Shown here piece by piece: positions 49,577 to 58,239 of a stretch of DNA of 64,000 nucleotides. The position numbers and the translations under genes were made by a program. How positions within the stretch are numbered: the stretch's first letter is position 1; each line of letters opens with the position of its first letter. The notes under the pieces were generated by a model. The model ran no database searches. It worked only from the letters and a program-made list of their open reading frames with translations, and was not told the DNA's origin. This DNA comes from Sideroxyarcus sp. (GTDB taxonomy: Bacteria > Pseudomonadota > Gammaproteobacteria > Burkholderiales > Gallionellaceae), in contig JAUSBC010000014.1 of assembly GCA_030652215.1 (NCBI GenBank), forward strand, positions 754-64,753, read 5' to 3'.

Positions 49577-52153
49577 TCAATTCCGCAACGGCTTCCCAGT
49601 CTTCAGCATGTACTCGATCCGCGCCTGCGTCTTCTCGGTCGCCAGCAGTTCCATGAAGTTCTTTCGCTCCAGATCAAGCAGCCATTGTTCATCCACCATA
49701 CTGCCCGCTTCCACATCCCCGCCGCATAGCGTTTCGGCAACACGGCAGCCGATGTCGTAGTCGTGATCCGAGATAAAGCCGCCTTCACGCATATTGAGCA
49801 TGGCGGCCTTGAGGGTGGCGATGCCGGTGCGGCCGGCGACGGCGATCTGGCGCTGGTGCAGCGGCGGGCGGTAGGCGGTGGCATTGAGTGCTTTGGCTTC
49901 TTCCTTGGCGATGTGCAGCAGTTCGAAACGGTTGAGCACGATGCGGTCGGAGGGTCTGAGGTAGCCCATCTCTCTTGCTAGTTCGGCGCTCTTGGCGACT
50001 TCGCCCATGGCGATGTTCTGGAAGTAGCGGCGCACGAAGGGGAAGATGTCGACGCGGTTGTCGATGGCGTAGCGCTGCGCTTCCTGCGAGGCGCGTTGTG
50101 CCATTTCCTTGCAACCGCCGCCTGCGGGCAACAGGCCGACGCCGACTTCAACCAGACCGATCTAGCTTTCCAGCGTGGCGACGATGCGCGATCAGTGGAT
50201 GGAGAATTCGCAGCCGCCACCGAGGGCCAGGCCGTCCACTGCGGCGACGGTGGGCACTTGCGCGTATTTGAGGCGCATTGAGGTTTGCTGGAACTTGGCG
50301 ATTCCGGCTTCGACCTTGGGCACGTTTCCGGTGGCGGCGTTGAACAGGTCGCCCATGCTGCCGCCGCCTGCGGCCGTAAATTTGACGCGATTCACTGCTC
50401 CCTTGAGTTTGCCGAACATGCCCATCTCGGGCGTCTCCTGCAGGCCCTGCATCATCTGCAGCAGGTTGGCACCGACGGAGAACGGCGGTTCGCTCTGCCA
50501 CAGGATGAGCGCGCTGAAGTGCGCTTCGGCTTCGTTCACCGCACGCAACACGCCATCCAGAACTTCGCTGCTGATGGTGTGCATCTTGGTCTTGAAGCTG
50601 AGGATGGCGATGGTGTCACCGGTGTGCCACAGGCGGACGTCGTCGGTTTCGAAGATGGTTTCGCCGTAGTGGCGGGTTTCGCCTAGCAGGTGGTCGGGAT
50701 ATATCTGGCGCTTGTAGACAGGCAAGCCAGAACGCGGCTGGTAAATGCCGCCCCTCACCCCCGCCCCCTGTGACAACTCCGCATCCGGCTTGCCGGATAG
50801 CGGATTGCCTACCTTTGGTGCTCCCGCTTGCGGGAGAGGGGAGTAGGAGCCTTGCGGTGTGTGGACGCCGGTGCGAGTTGGGTCGGTGGCCCATGCAGGC
50901 AGTGGTGATGCGGCCATCGCCTTGCCTGCCGCAATATCGGCGCTGATCCAGCCTGCCACCTGCTGCCAGCCTGCGGCCTGCCAGATTTCAAACGGGCCGC
51001 TGTCCCAGCCGAAACCCCAACGCACGGCGAAGTCGAGATCGCGCGCGTTGTTGGCGATGGAGTCCAGTTGCAGCGCGCAATAGTGAAACACGTCGCGAAA
51101 CGTCGCCCACAGGAATTGCGCCTGCGGATGCTGGCTGTTGCGCAGACCGCCGAGCTTCTTGGCCCAGTCGCGTTCGCGCAGGATGTCTTTCACGCCGTCG
51201 TCCACCTTGGCGTCGGAGAGTTTGTATTCACGTGTGTGCAAATCAAGAACGTGGATCTCTTTGCCTATCTTCTGGTAGATGCCGCGCTTGGTCTTCTGCC
51301 CGAGCGAGCCCTGCTCGACGAGATAGTTGAACCAGCCCGGCAGTTCGAAATGTTTGTGCCACGGGTCTTCGGTGAGGTTTTCGCGCATGGTGTTGACCAC
51401 ATGCGCGAACACGTCGAGGCCGACCACATCCAGCGTTCGGAAAGTCGCGCTCTTGGGGCGGCCGAGATAGCGGCCGGTCAGCGCATCCACCATATCAAAA
51501 CCGAGGTTGAACGCGGCCGCATGGTGTTTGGTGGCGAGCATGGAGAACACACCGATACGGTTGGCGATGAAGTTGGGTGTGTCTTTGGCGCGCACTACAC
51601 CCTTGCCCAGCGTAGAGACAAGGAATACTTCCAGCTCATCCAGAAGCGATGCCTCGGTGCCTTTGCACGGAATCAGTTCGACCAGGTGCATGTAGCGCGG
51701 TGGATTGAAAAAGTGGACGCCGCAGAAGCGGTGACGCAGATTCTCGGGGAAGGCTTCGGCCAGTATGTTGATGGAGAGGCCTGATGTGTTGGTGGCGAAG
51801 ATGGCGTTGGCGTTCACATAAGGCGCAACCTTGCGGTAAAGGTCGGACTTCCAGTCGATGCGCTCGGCGATGGCCTCGATGATGAGGTCGCAGTCGCGCA
51901 GCTTCTCCAGATGCTGTTCGTAGTTGGCCGGTTCGATGTAGCTGATGCGGGTTGGGCTGGAGATGGGTGCGGGGTCGAGCTTCTTGAGGCCGTCGAGGGC
52001 CTTATTCACATTACCGTTCGGGTCGCCCTCCTTCGCAGGCAGCTCGAACAACAGTGTCTCGACATTGGCATTGACCAGATGCGCGGCGATCTGCGCACCC
52101 ATCACGCCCGCGCCGAGCACGGCGACCTTGCGAATCTGAAATTTCCCGCTCAT
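49577..52153 (-). pseudogene. fadB: 3-hydroxyacyl-CoA dehydrogenase/enoyl-CoA hydratase (FadB/FadN type) with two in-frame stops
   Basis: GAGVMG, HFFNPP, GGGCE; frame continues through TGA (50192-50194) and TAG (50162-50164): [26 protein letters not shown] to ..TGKPLRN. Confidence 0.8.
50751..50843. repeat. Palindromic element with nested 51-nt hairpin insert inside fadB
   Basis: Removing 50770-50820 restores the perfect stem CCCCTCTCCCGC-TT-GCGGGAGAGGGG; the insert has its own hairpin ATCCGGC-TT-GCCGGAT. Confidence 0.8.
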
Positions 52154-52277
52154 GACATTTCTCCTGAACCGATTATGGCAAACGCGATTTCTTCCCTTTG
52201 CACTCCCAATGCCCGAGTGTATTGCATACCCGGGATGTCTACCTTGCTCTTGCAGCTTCACGCCCGCGACAGTTTTG

Positions 52278-53348
52278 CTAAAACCACCCTTTGACGGTCA
52301 TCAACTGCATCACGAACTGCGCGAACAGCGAATGGCCGTAAGGCGTCGGATGGATATTGTCCGCGAACAGGTAATGAACCTCAGGCGACAATCCCGGCTT
52401 GAGGTTGCTTGCATTGCATAACAGCGACGAACCCAATGGATTGGGGAATGGTGTGGTCAGATCGCAGGCCGTGTCGGTGACATTCGTCAAAAGAAACCTC
52501 GCCGGATTCAGTATCTGGTCTTTGCTCACCGCGTATGCATCCACATTCAGCACATTGGCGCTCTCGGGCAGTTCGGCCGCCAACCGCGTGTTGAACGCCG
52601 TCACCAGCGTCTCTGCCAAATCCGCTGCTGCGGCACGCGCGACAGGGTCCGCCATTGAGGTGATTCTGGGCGTGCCGGCAATGTACGGCACATTCGCCAC
52701 CACAACAAACCTGGCACCGTTGGCGATGATCTGCGTTTTCACTGCAACGGCCAGTTCACTCGCTGCCGTTTGCACCGCCGCGACGGCACTTGCGGCGGGG
52801 AAGCCCGGCCCCACACTGTCAGTCTGGGCGAAAACATCATTCGCCCCCGCCATGACCAGCACCAGTTCATTGCCGGAAAATACATTACCGCTGGCAGCCA
52901 GATGATTTGCGATCTGTACCACAACCGGTTCCAGCATCGCGCCTGTAAACACTCCGCCGGTTGCGACTGCTGCACCATCGGTCACCCGGGCACCGCCCTG
53001 CGCATACCCGAAGCATCCCGGATGAAAATTTCTGGCGGTACCGAAACCGCCCGTTGCTGCAGCACATGGCGCGGGCAAACCCAAAGAGGCGGCGGTCAAT
53101 TCCGTCCAGTTCACCGGTATGCCGGGTGCTGCATTAATGCTGAATTGTCCTAAATTCGTTCCCAGCCCAAGGCCGGACAGTAGTGATTCAAGGGTGCTTA
53201 CCCTGTATGAACCGATATCGCTCAAACTATCGCCGAACGTGACTTGCGCGGCAAATTGAGGCTTGGTGGGCAGATCGCTGCCTCCCCCGCCGCAGCTTGC
53301 CAGAATTACGGAAACCAGAACCGCCAAAACGAATTTGAATGGATGCAT
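52278..53348 (-). CDS. SGNH/GDSL-family lipase/esterase lipoprotein
   Basis: Lipobox LASC, FGDSLSD, GAND, DNIHPT. Confidence 0.9.
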   Translation of the reverse strand: MHPFKFVLAVLVSVILASCGGGGSDLPTKPQFAAQVTFGDSLSDIGSYRVSTLESLLSGLGLGTNLGQFSINAAPGIPVNWTELTAASLGLPAPCAAATGGFGTARNFHPGCFGYAQGGARVTDGAAVATGGVFTGAMLEPVVVQIANHLAASGNVFSGNELVLVMAGANDVFAQTDSVGPGFPAASAVAAVQTAASELAVAVKTQIIANGARFVVVANVPYIAGTPRITSMADPVARAAAADLAETLVTAFNTRLAAELPESANVLNVDAYAVSKDQILNPARFLLTNVTDTACDLTTPFPNPLGSSLLCNASNLKPGLSPEVHYLFADNIHPTPYGHSLFAQFVMQLMTVKGWF

Positions 53349-53494
53349 TTGGGATCTCCTTGGCCGTATAAGCAAAAGTGTTCCGCCCCTGATGCAATCT
53401 TCCCAGGCTGTCCGGTTAAGTCCGCTTTCCCTCCGCAAGAGTTCCTTGATTTGAAAAGCGGCAGGGTGAACACCCCACCGCCCGTACTACATAG

Positions 53495-54847
53495 TTAGAA
53501 GTTATAGGCGTACTGCACGCTCAGGATGTCTACGCTGCTGCTGTAGCTGCCTGTCAGATACCCCTTACCCAAGAGGTCGGGATTTGCGGCTGCACTTTGA
53601 TTGAGCGTTGCATCCTTGACGAACAAGTGCGCATAGCCAAAGTCCAGAGTGCTTTCCGTACTCAGCTTGTACTGTCCGCCCAAAGCCAGCCATGTTCTGT
53701 CGGCATCGGGGATGCGCACGGTGCGATACTCATCGGGAACCGGGGTCTGGTCGTATGCAACACCAACACGGGCCATCCACTGCTCGTTGTAGTGATAGCT
53801 TGCACCCAGGCTGACGCGCCAAGTGTCCTCCCAGTTTTCAGGCGTATTGCTGAGCGAAGTGCCATCCGTCTTCTTCACATTCAGCTCTTTGAAGGAACCC
53901 CAGCCTGTCCGGGTAGCATCCGCCATGATGTCCCATTTGTCGTCCATCTGATGGAATGCGCTAATCGCAAAGGAATCGGGCATATCGATTGCCAGGGTGA
54001 CGTCCTGATTCGGGAGCGTAGCGTCAAGAGCTGCAGGACGATTGGCGAACGTGACCGTTCCGTCCAGGTCATATTTGATGCTGGAACGGTAAGCAACGCC
54101 GATACGCGTTTGTGGGGTGACTTTGAACAGCACGCCCAGATTGTAGCCCCATGCACTGTCGCTGCCGGTGAGGGTGCTGATACCCTCAACGCCAGCATAT
54201 GGCGTTGCCGCTGCTGCTGCAGTTCCTGCATTCCCGGTCTGGAGCAACACCCCCTGAAATATCGCTGCTGGATAGTTGATCATGCTGGTCAATTCGCCAG
54301 TGATATGCTGGTAGTTCAGGCCGATGCCCAGGCTGACGGTCTCGTTCACCTCGTAGGAAAGCGACGGGTTCAGGTTGACTGCTTGCAACTTGGACTTGAT
54401 TCCCTGATATCGCCCAACCCAATTCTCGTCATACTTGGTCTGCAAACCGAATGGTACGTTGATACCCATACCGAAGCGCAACGCGGGTTCGATCTCCATA
54501 ACCATATAGGTATTGGGCACCAATGCCGGCCCGCCAGCATCGCCGCCCATGTTAGTACCAGGAGTCTGGAATGGAGCCGAATTTGGTGTCACCGTGCCCG
54601 AAAACGAGGCCGCAGGGACAATCAAACTACCCGCCACCGTTGCCTGCTTGCCTTTAAGCCTGGACATCCCCGCCGGATTAAAAAAGATTGTAGTCGCATC
54701 TTCGGCGGCAGCCGCGCCTCCGGCAAACGCATTGCCCAAGCCGCTGCTTTGCTCGATCAATGCAAACGCAGATGCCGCCGCATTTCCCGACATCGCCAGC
54801 AATGCGCCAACCACGGAAATACCCAGTAACGACTTTCCTAGTTCCAT
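53495..54847 (-). CDS. fadL: Long-chain fatty acid outer membrane transporter (FadL/OmpP1)
   Basis: GNAFAG..NPAGM hatch, IPDADR, C-terminal aromatic YAYNF. Confidence 0.92.
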   Translation of the reverse strand: MELGKSLLGISVVGALLAMSGNAAASAFALIEQSSGLGNAFAGGAAAAEDATTIFFNPAGMSRLKGKQATVAGSLIVPAASFSGTVTPNSAPFQTPGTNMGGDAGGPALVPNTYMVMEIEPALRFGMGINVPFGLQTKYDENWVGRYQGIKSKLQAVNLNPSLSYEVNETVSLGIGLNYQHITGELTSMINYPAAIFQGVLLQTGNAGTAAAAATPYAGVEGISTLTGSDSAWGYNLGVLFKVTPQTRIGVAYRSSIKYDLDGTVTFANRPAALDATLPNQDVTLAIDMPDSFAISAFHQMDDKWDIMADATRTGWGSFKELNVKKTDGTSLSNTPENWEDTWRVSLGASYHYNEQWMARVGVAYDQTPVPDEYRTVRIPDADRTWLALGGQYKLSTESTLDFGYAHLFVKDATLNQSAAANPDLLGKGYLTGSYSSSVDILSVQYAYNF

Positions 54848-54918
54848 GTTTTCTACCCCCTAAATAATGAAAAAAATAACCACCCCCGACTGCCGACAAA
54901 CAACCACTCAACTTCAAA

Positions 54919-55320
54919 TCATTGCTGGGCCGGAACAGGCCGCGGTTTGCGGTCTTCGCCCACTGCGACATAAGTCAACGTCGCTTCGGTAACCTTCAGG
55001 CACGTCGGATTTTCCGGATCGCGCTGCACATAGACTTCGACATCGACTGTGATCGATGTCCTCCCGATCTTCACGATCCTGGTGTAAAAGCTCACGATGT
55101 CGCCCACAAAAATGGGCTGCTTGAAGACGAACGAGTTTACCGCCACCGTCGCCACCCTGCCCCTGGCGCGATGCACGGCGGGGACGCTGCCGGCGATATC
55201 CACCTGCCCCATCAGCCAGCCCCCGAAAATATCGCCCGTGTAATTTGCGTCCGACGGCATCGCCGCCACACGCAGGGTGGGCTGGCGGTCCGGCAGCGAG
55301 TTGGGGGCTTCCTGATTCAT
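54919..55320 (-). CDS. Acyl-CoA thioesterase (YciA hotdog fold)
   Basis: MPSDAN..GDIFGGWLMGQVD. Confidence 0.9.
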   Translation of the reverse strand: MNQEAPNSLPDRQPTLRVAAMPSDANYTGDIFGGWLMGQVDIAGSVPAVHRARGRVATVAVNSFVFKQPIFVGDIVSFYTRIVKIGRTSITVDVEVYVQRDPENPTCLKVTEATLTYVAVGEDRKPRPVPAQQ

Positions 55321-55323
55321 CGT

Positions 55324-57132
55324 TCAATGTCCTTTGTAGAGTTCTTCGATTTCTGCGGCAAATTGTTTCGAAACTGTGACCCGTTTTAGCTTCAGAGTTG
55401 GCGTGAGCAAACCGTTCTCGATGGTCCACGGTTCCAGCGTCAGCATCACGCGATGCACTTTGGCATATCCGGGGAAGCTGCTGATATTGCGCGCAATGCG
55501 CCGCAACACCTTGGCTTCCACATTGCTGTCGGTCAGCGATTCCGGCATATCCGAACGCACACCGACTTTCGCGGCAACGGCTTTCCACACATCGGGATTC
55601 AGCACCGCCAGCGCAACCAGGTAGGGTTTGCCTTCGCCGCAGATCATCACTTGGTCGATCAGCGGATCATGCAGAATGGCGGCTTCCATGTCGCCGGGCG
55701 GTATTTTCTCGCCGTTGGACAACACGATGATCTCTTTCAGGCGTCCGGTGATATAAACATGTCCCGTCTCGCTGATGTGCGCGACATCGCCCGTGTTGAG
55801 CCAGCCGTCGGCGTCTATCATCGCCCGGGTCGCCTCCGGATTATTCCAGTAGCCCATCATCACGTTCGGTCCCTTCACCAGCAACGCGCTTTGCTCGCCC
55901 AACTTCACCTGCACGCCGCGTATGGGCTGCCCCACGCTATCGGGGAAATTGTTCTCCAGATAATTACCCGCCACGATGGGACTGGTCTCGGTGAGTCCGT
56001 AGCCCTGCACCACCGGCAGGCCCAGGCCGACGAACATGCGCGAAATCTCGGGTGCGAGCGCCGCGCCGCCGCTGACAGCCGTGCGCAAGCGCCCGCCCAG
56101 ACGGTCCAGTATCTTTTGCGCCACCAGCTTTTGCAGCAGCGGCCACAGCAGAAACGACAGTTTCCAGCCGCCGCGCCCCTGCTCGCGCAGGAATCGCGCC
56201 CAACCGACTTCCACCGCCAGATTGAACAGCAGACGCTTGACCGGCGAACCTTCCTCCAGCTTGGCATGGATCGCGGCATACACCCTTTCGTAAATGCGCG
56301 GCACGGAAATCAGGATGGTGGGCTTGATGTATTGCAGGTCTTCCGAGAGCAGCGGAATGGAACGCGCATAGGCAACGGTCGCCCCCGTCATCACTTGCAG
56401 GTAATAGCCGCAGGTGCGCTCGAAAGTGTGCGACAGCGGCAGGAAAGACAGCATCAGGTCGCTGCCGAATACCGTGAACGTTCCCATCGAATCGTACGCA
56501 TTGGAAAGCATGTTGTTGTGGCTCAGCATCACGCCTTTGGGCTTGCCGGTGGTGCCCGACGTGTAAATGATGCTGGCCAGCTCGCCGATCTCGCAGGGCA
56601 CGGGCGGCTGCAACTGCACTGTCTGCGTGTGCAGATATCTCGCCGCAGAGACCAGACGCTCTTCGTCGCCCGGCACCTCGTCCAGCGCAACGAAACGCTG
56701 CACGCAACCCATCTGCCCGACCACGCCCGCAAGCTCTTGCCACTGCTGGGCGGTTTCAAAGAGCAGCACTTTGACCTGCGCATCGTTGACGATGTAGGCG
56801 ATGCTGTCCGCACGGTCCACCGTATAAAGCGGAACGACGATCAAACCCAGCGACATTGCCGCCTGGTCGAACATCACCCATTGCGGGCAGTTGCGCAGCA
56901 TAAGCGCCACACGGTCGCCCTTGGCCAGACCCTCGCGCGCCAAAGCCGCTTGCCAGCGAGCCACCTGATCGCGCATCTGCGCCCAGCTCAGATCGACCCA
57001 CACCGACTGGCGCGCATCGAAATAGCGGTAGGCAATCTTGTCCGGAGTGCGCCGCACGCGTTCCAGAAACAAGCCGTGCAGCGTCACCGCCTGGTTCGGC
57101 GATATAGCATCCTGATTTTTTGTTGTTGTCAT
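55324..57132 (-). CDS. fadD: Long-chain-fatty-acid--CoA ligase
   Basis: YTSGTTGKPKG, GYGLTE, TGD, GRLKE, LTPTLKLKR. Confidence 0.9.
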   Translation of the reverse strand: MTTTKNQDAISPNQAVTLHGLFLERVRRTPDKIAYRYFDARQSVWVDLSWAQMRDQVARWQAALAREGLAKGDRVALMLRNCPQWVMFDQAAMSLGLIVVPLYTVDRADSIAYIVNDAQVKVLLFETAQQWQELAGVVGQMGCVQRFVALDEVPGDEERLVSAARYLHTQTVQLQPPVPCEIGELASIIYTSGTTGKPKGVMLSHNNMLSNAYDSMGTFTVFGSDLMLSFLPLSHTFERTCGYYLQVMTGATVAYARSIPLLSEDLQYIKPTILISVPRIYERVYAAIHAKLEEGSPVKRLLFNLAVEVGWARFLREQGRGGWKLSFLLWPLLQKLVAQKILDRLGGRLRTAVSGGAALAPEISRMFVGLGLPVVQGYGLTETSPIVAGNYLENNFPDSVGQPIRGVQVKLGEQSALLVKGPNVMMGYWNNPEATRAMIDADGWLNTGDVAHISETGHVYITGRLKEIIVLSNGEKIPPGDMEAAILHDPLIDQVMICGEGKPYLVALAVLNPDVWKAVAAKVGVRSDMPESLTDSNVEAKVLRRIARNISSFPGYAKVHRVMLTLEPWTIENGLLTPTLKLKRVTVSKQFAAEIEELYKGH

Positions 57133-57154
57133 GTCCCTATCCTCCGTTTTCTAA

Positions 57155-57982
57155 TTATGCTTTCCACACAAACAAATCGCCGTAAAGCTGCCCTCCCGGA
57201 TTGACTGCGTACTGATCGAAATCCTTCACACCCACCGCCCGCAACACTTCCTCGTCGATAAAAAAGAAACCGCTGAACGTCTTGCTGTCGCGCACAAGAA
57301 TGGCATGCGCCGCGTCCGCCACAATGGCTGGTTTGCGCGAGGCGCGCAGTATCTCCGGCGGAAAATTGAATTCGATGGCCGACGTGGCAATCGTGGTGCG
57401 CGGCCACAGACAGTTCACCGCAATGCCGTCGGCGGCAAACTCGTGCGCCATGCCCAGCGCGCACAGACTCATGCCGTATTTGGAAATGGCGTAGGCAACG
57501 TGCGGTGCGAACCATTTCGCTTCCAGGTTCAGCGGCGGCGACAGCGTCAGAATGTGCGGGTTGGCGGCCTTTTTTAGGTGCGGGATGCAGGCCTGCGAGG
57601 CAAGGAAAGTCGCGCGCATGTTCACGTCCCACATCAGGTCCAGGCGTTTGGCGGGTGTCTCCAGCGTGGGCGTCAGACTGATCGCGCTGGCATTGTTGAC
57701 TAGCACGTCGATGCCACCAAAGTGCGCTGCGGCCTGCTCGACTGCATCGTGTATCGCCTGTTCGTCGCGCACGTCGAGCCGGATGGCCAGCGCCTGTCCG
57801 CCTGCGGCAACCACCTCTTCCGCCACCGTGTGGATGGTTCCCGGCAGCTTGGGATGCGCCTCCGATGTCTTGCCGGTGATAACCACATTTGCGCCATCGC
57901 GCGCGCAACGCAGGGCGATTTCGCGACCTATACCCCGAGAGGAACCTGTAATGAAGACTGTTTTGTTACGCAGATCAGACAT
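57155..57982 (-). CDS. SDR oxidoreductase (HSDL2-like)
   Basis: TGSSRGIG, HPKLPGTI, NNASAI, YAISK. Confidence 0.88.
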   Translation of the reverse strand: MSDLRNKTVFITGSSRGIGREIALRCARDGANVVITGKTSEAHPKLPGTIHTVAEEVVAAGGQALAIRLDVRDEQAIHDAVEQAAAHFGGIDVLVNNASAISLTPTLETPAKRLDLMWDVNMRATFLASQACIPHLKKAANPHILTLSPPLNLEAKWFAPHVAYAISKYGMSLCALGMAHEFAADGIAVNCLWPRTTIATSAIEFNFPPEILRASRKPAIVADAAHAILVRDSKTFSGFFFIDEEVLRAVGVKDFDQYAVNPGGQLYGDLFVWKA

Positions 57983-58066
57983 CGCTTGCCACTCCCCAAA
58001 AGCAACCAAGTCCCGGACGAGCGCGGTTGTTCACCGGTCAACAAGGTACGTAACTTAAACAAGCAA

Positions 58067-58236
58067 GGTGCGCTTGCGCACCCTACAAATCGTTTCCGCT
58101 CAGATTCCGTAGGTCGGGTTAGCGCAGCGTAACCCGACGTTGCCGCTGCTCTTACTCATGATGTCGGGTTACGCTACGCTAACCCGACCTACAACTACTT
58201 AACGTAGGGTGGGCACGTATTTGGTGCCCACCCTAC
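58067..58236. repeat. Cluster of three different GTAG-type REP elements
   Basis: GGTGCGCTTGCGCACCCTAC (58067-58086); REPIN GTAGGTCGGGTTA...ACCTAC (58109-58192); GTAGGGTGGGCAC..GTGCCCACCCTAC (58204-58236). Confidence 0.88.
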
Positions 58237-58239
58237 CGC

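Noticed and set aside
50150-50194. Selenocysteine at the fadB TGA
   Set aside because: No convincing SECIS hairpin downstream, the site is not a known catalytic Cys, and a TAG follows ten codons later.
58109-58236. CRISPR array
   Set aside because: The repeats are inverted GTAG-type REPs, not direct repeats with unique regular spacers; no cas genes.
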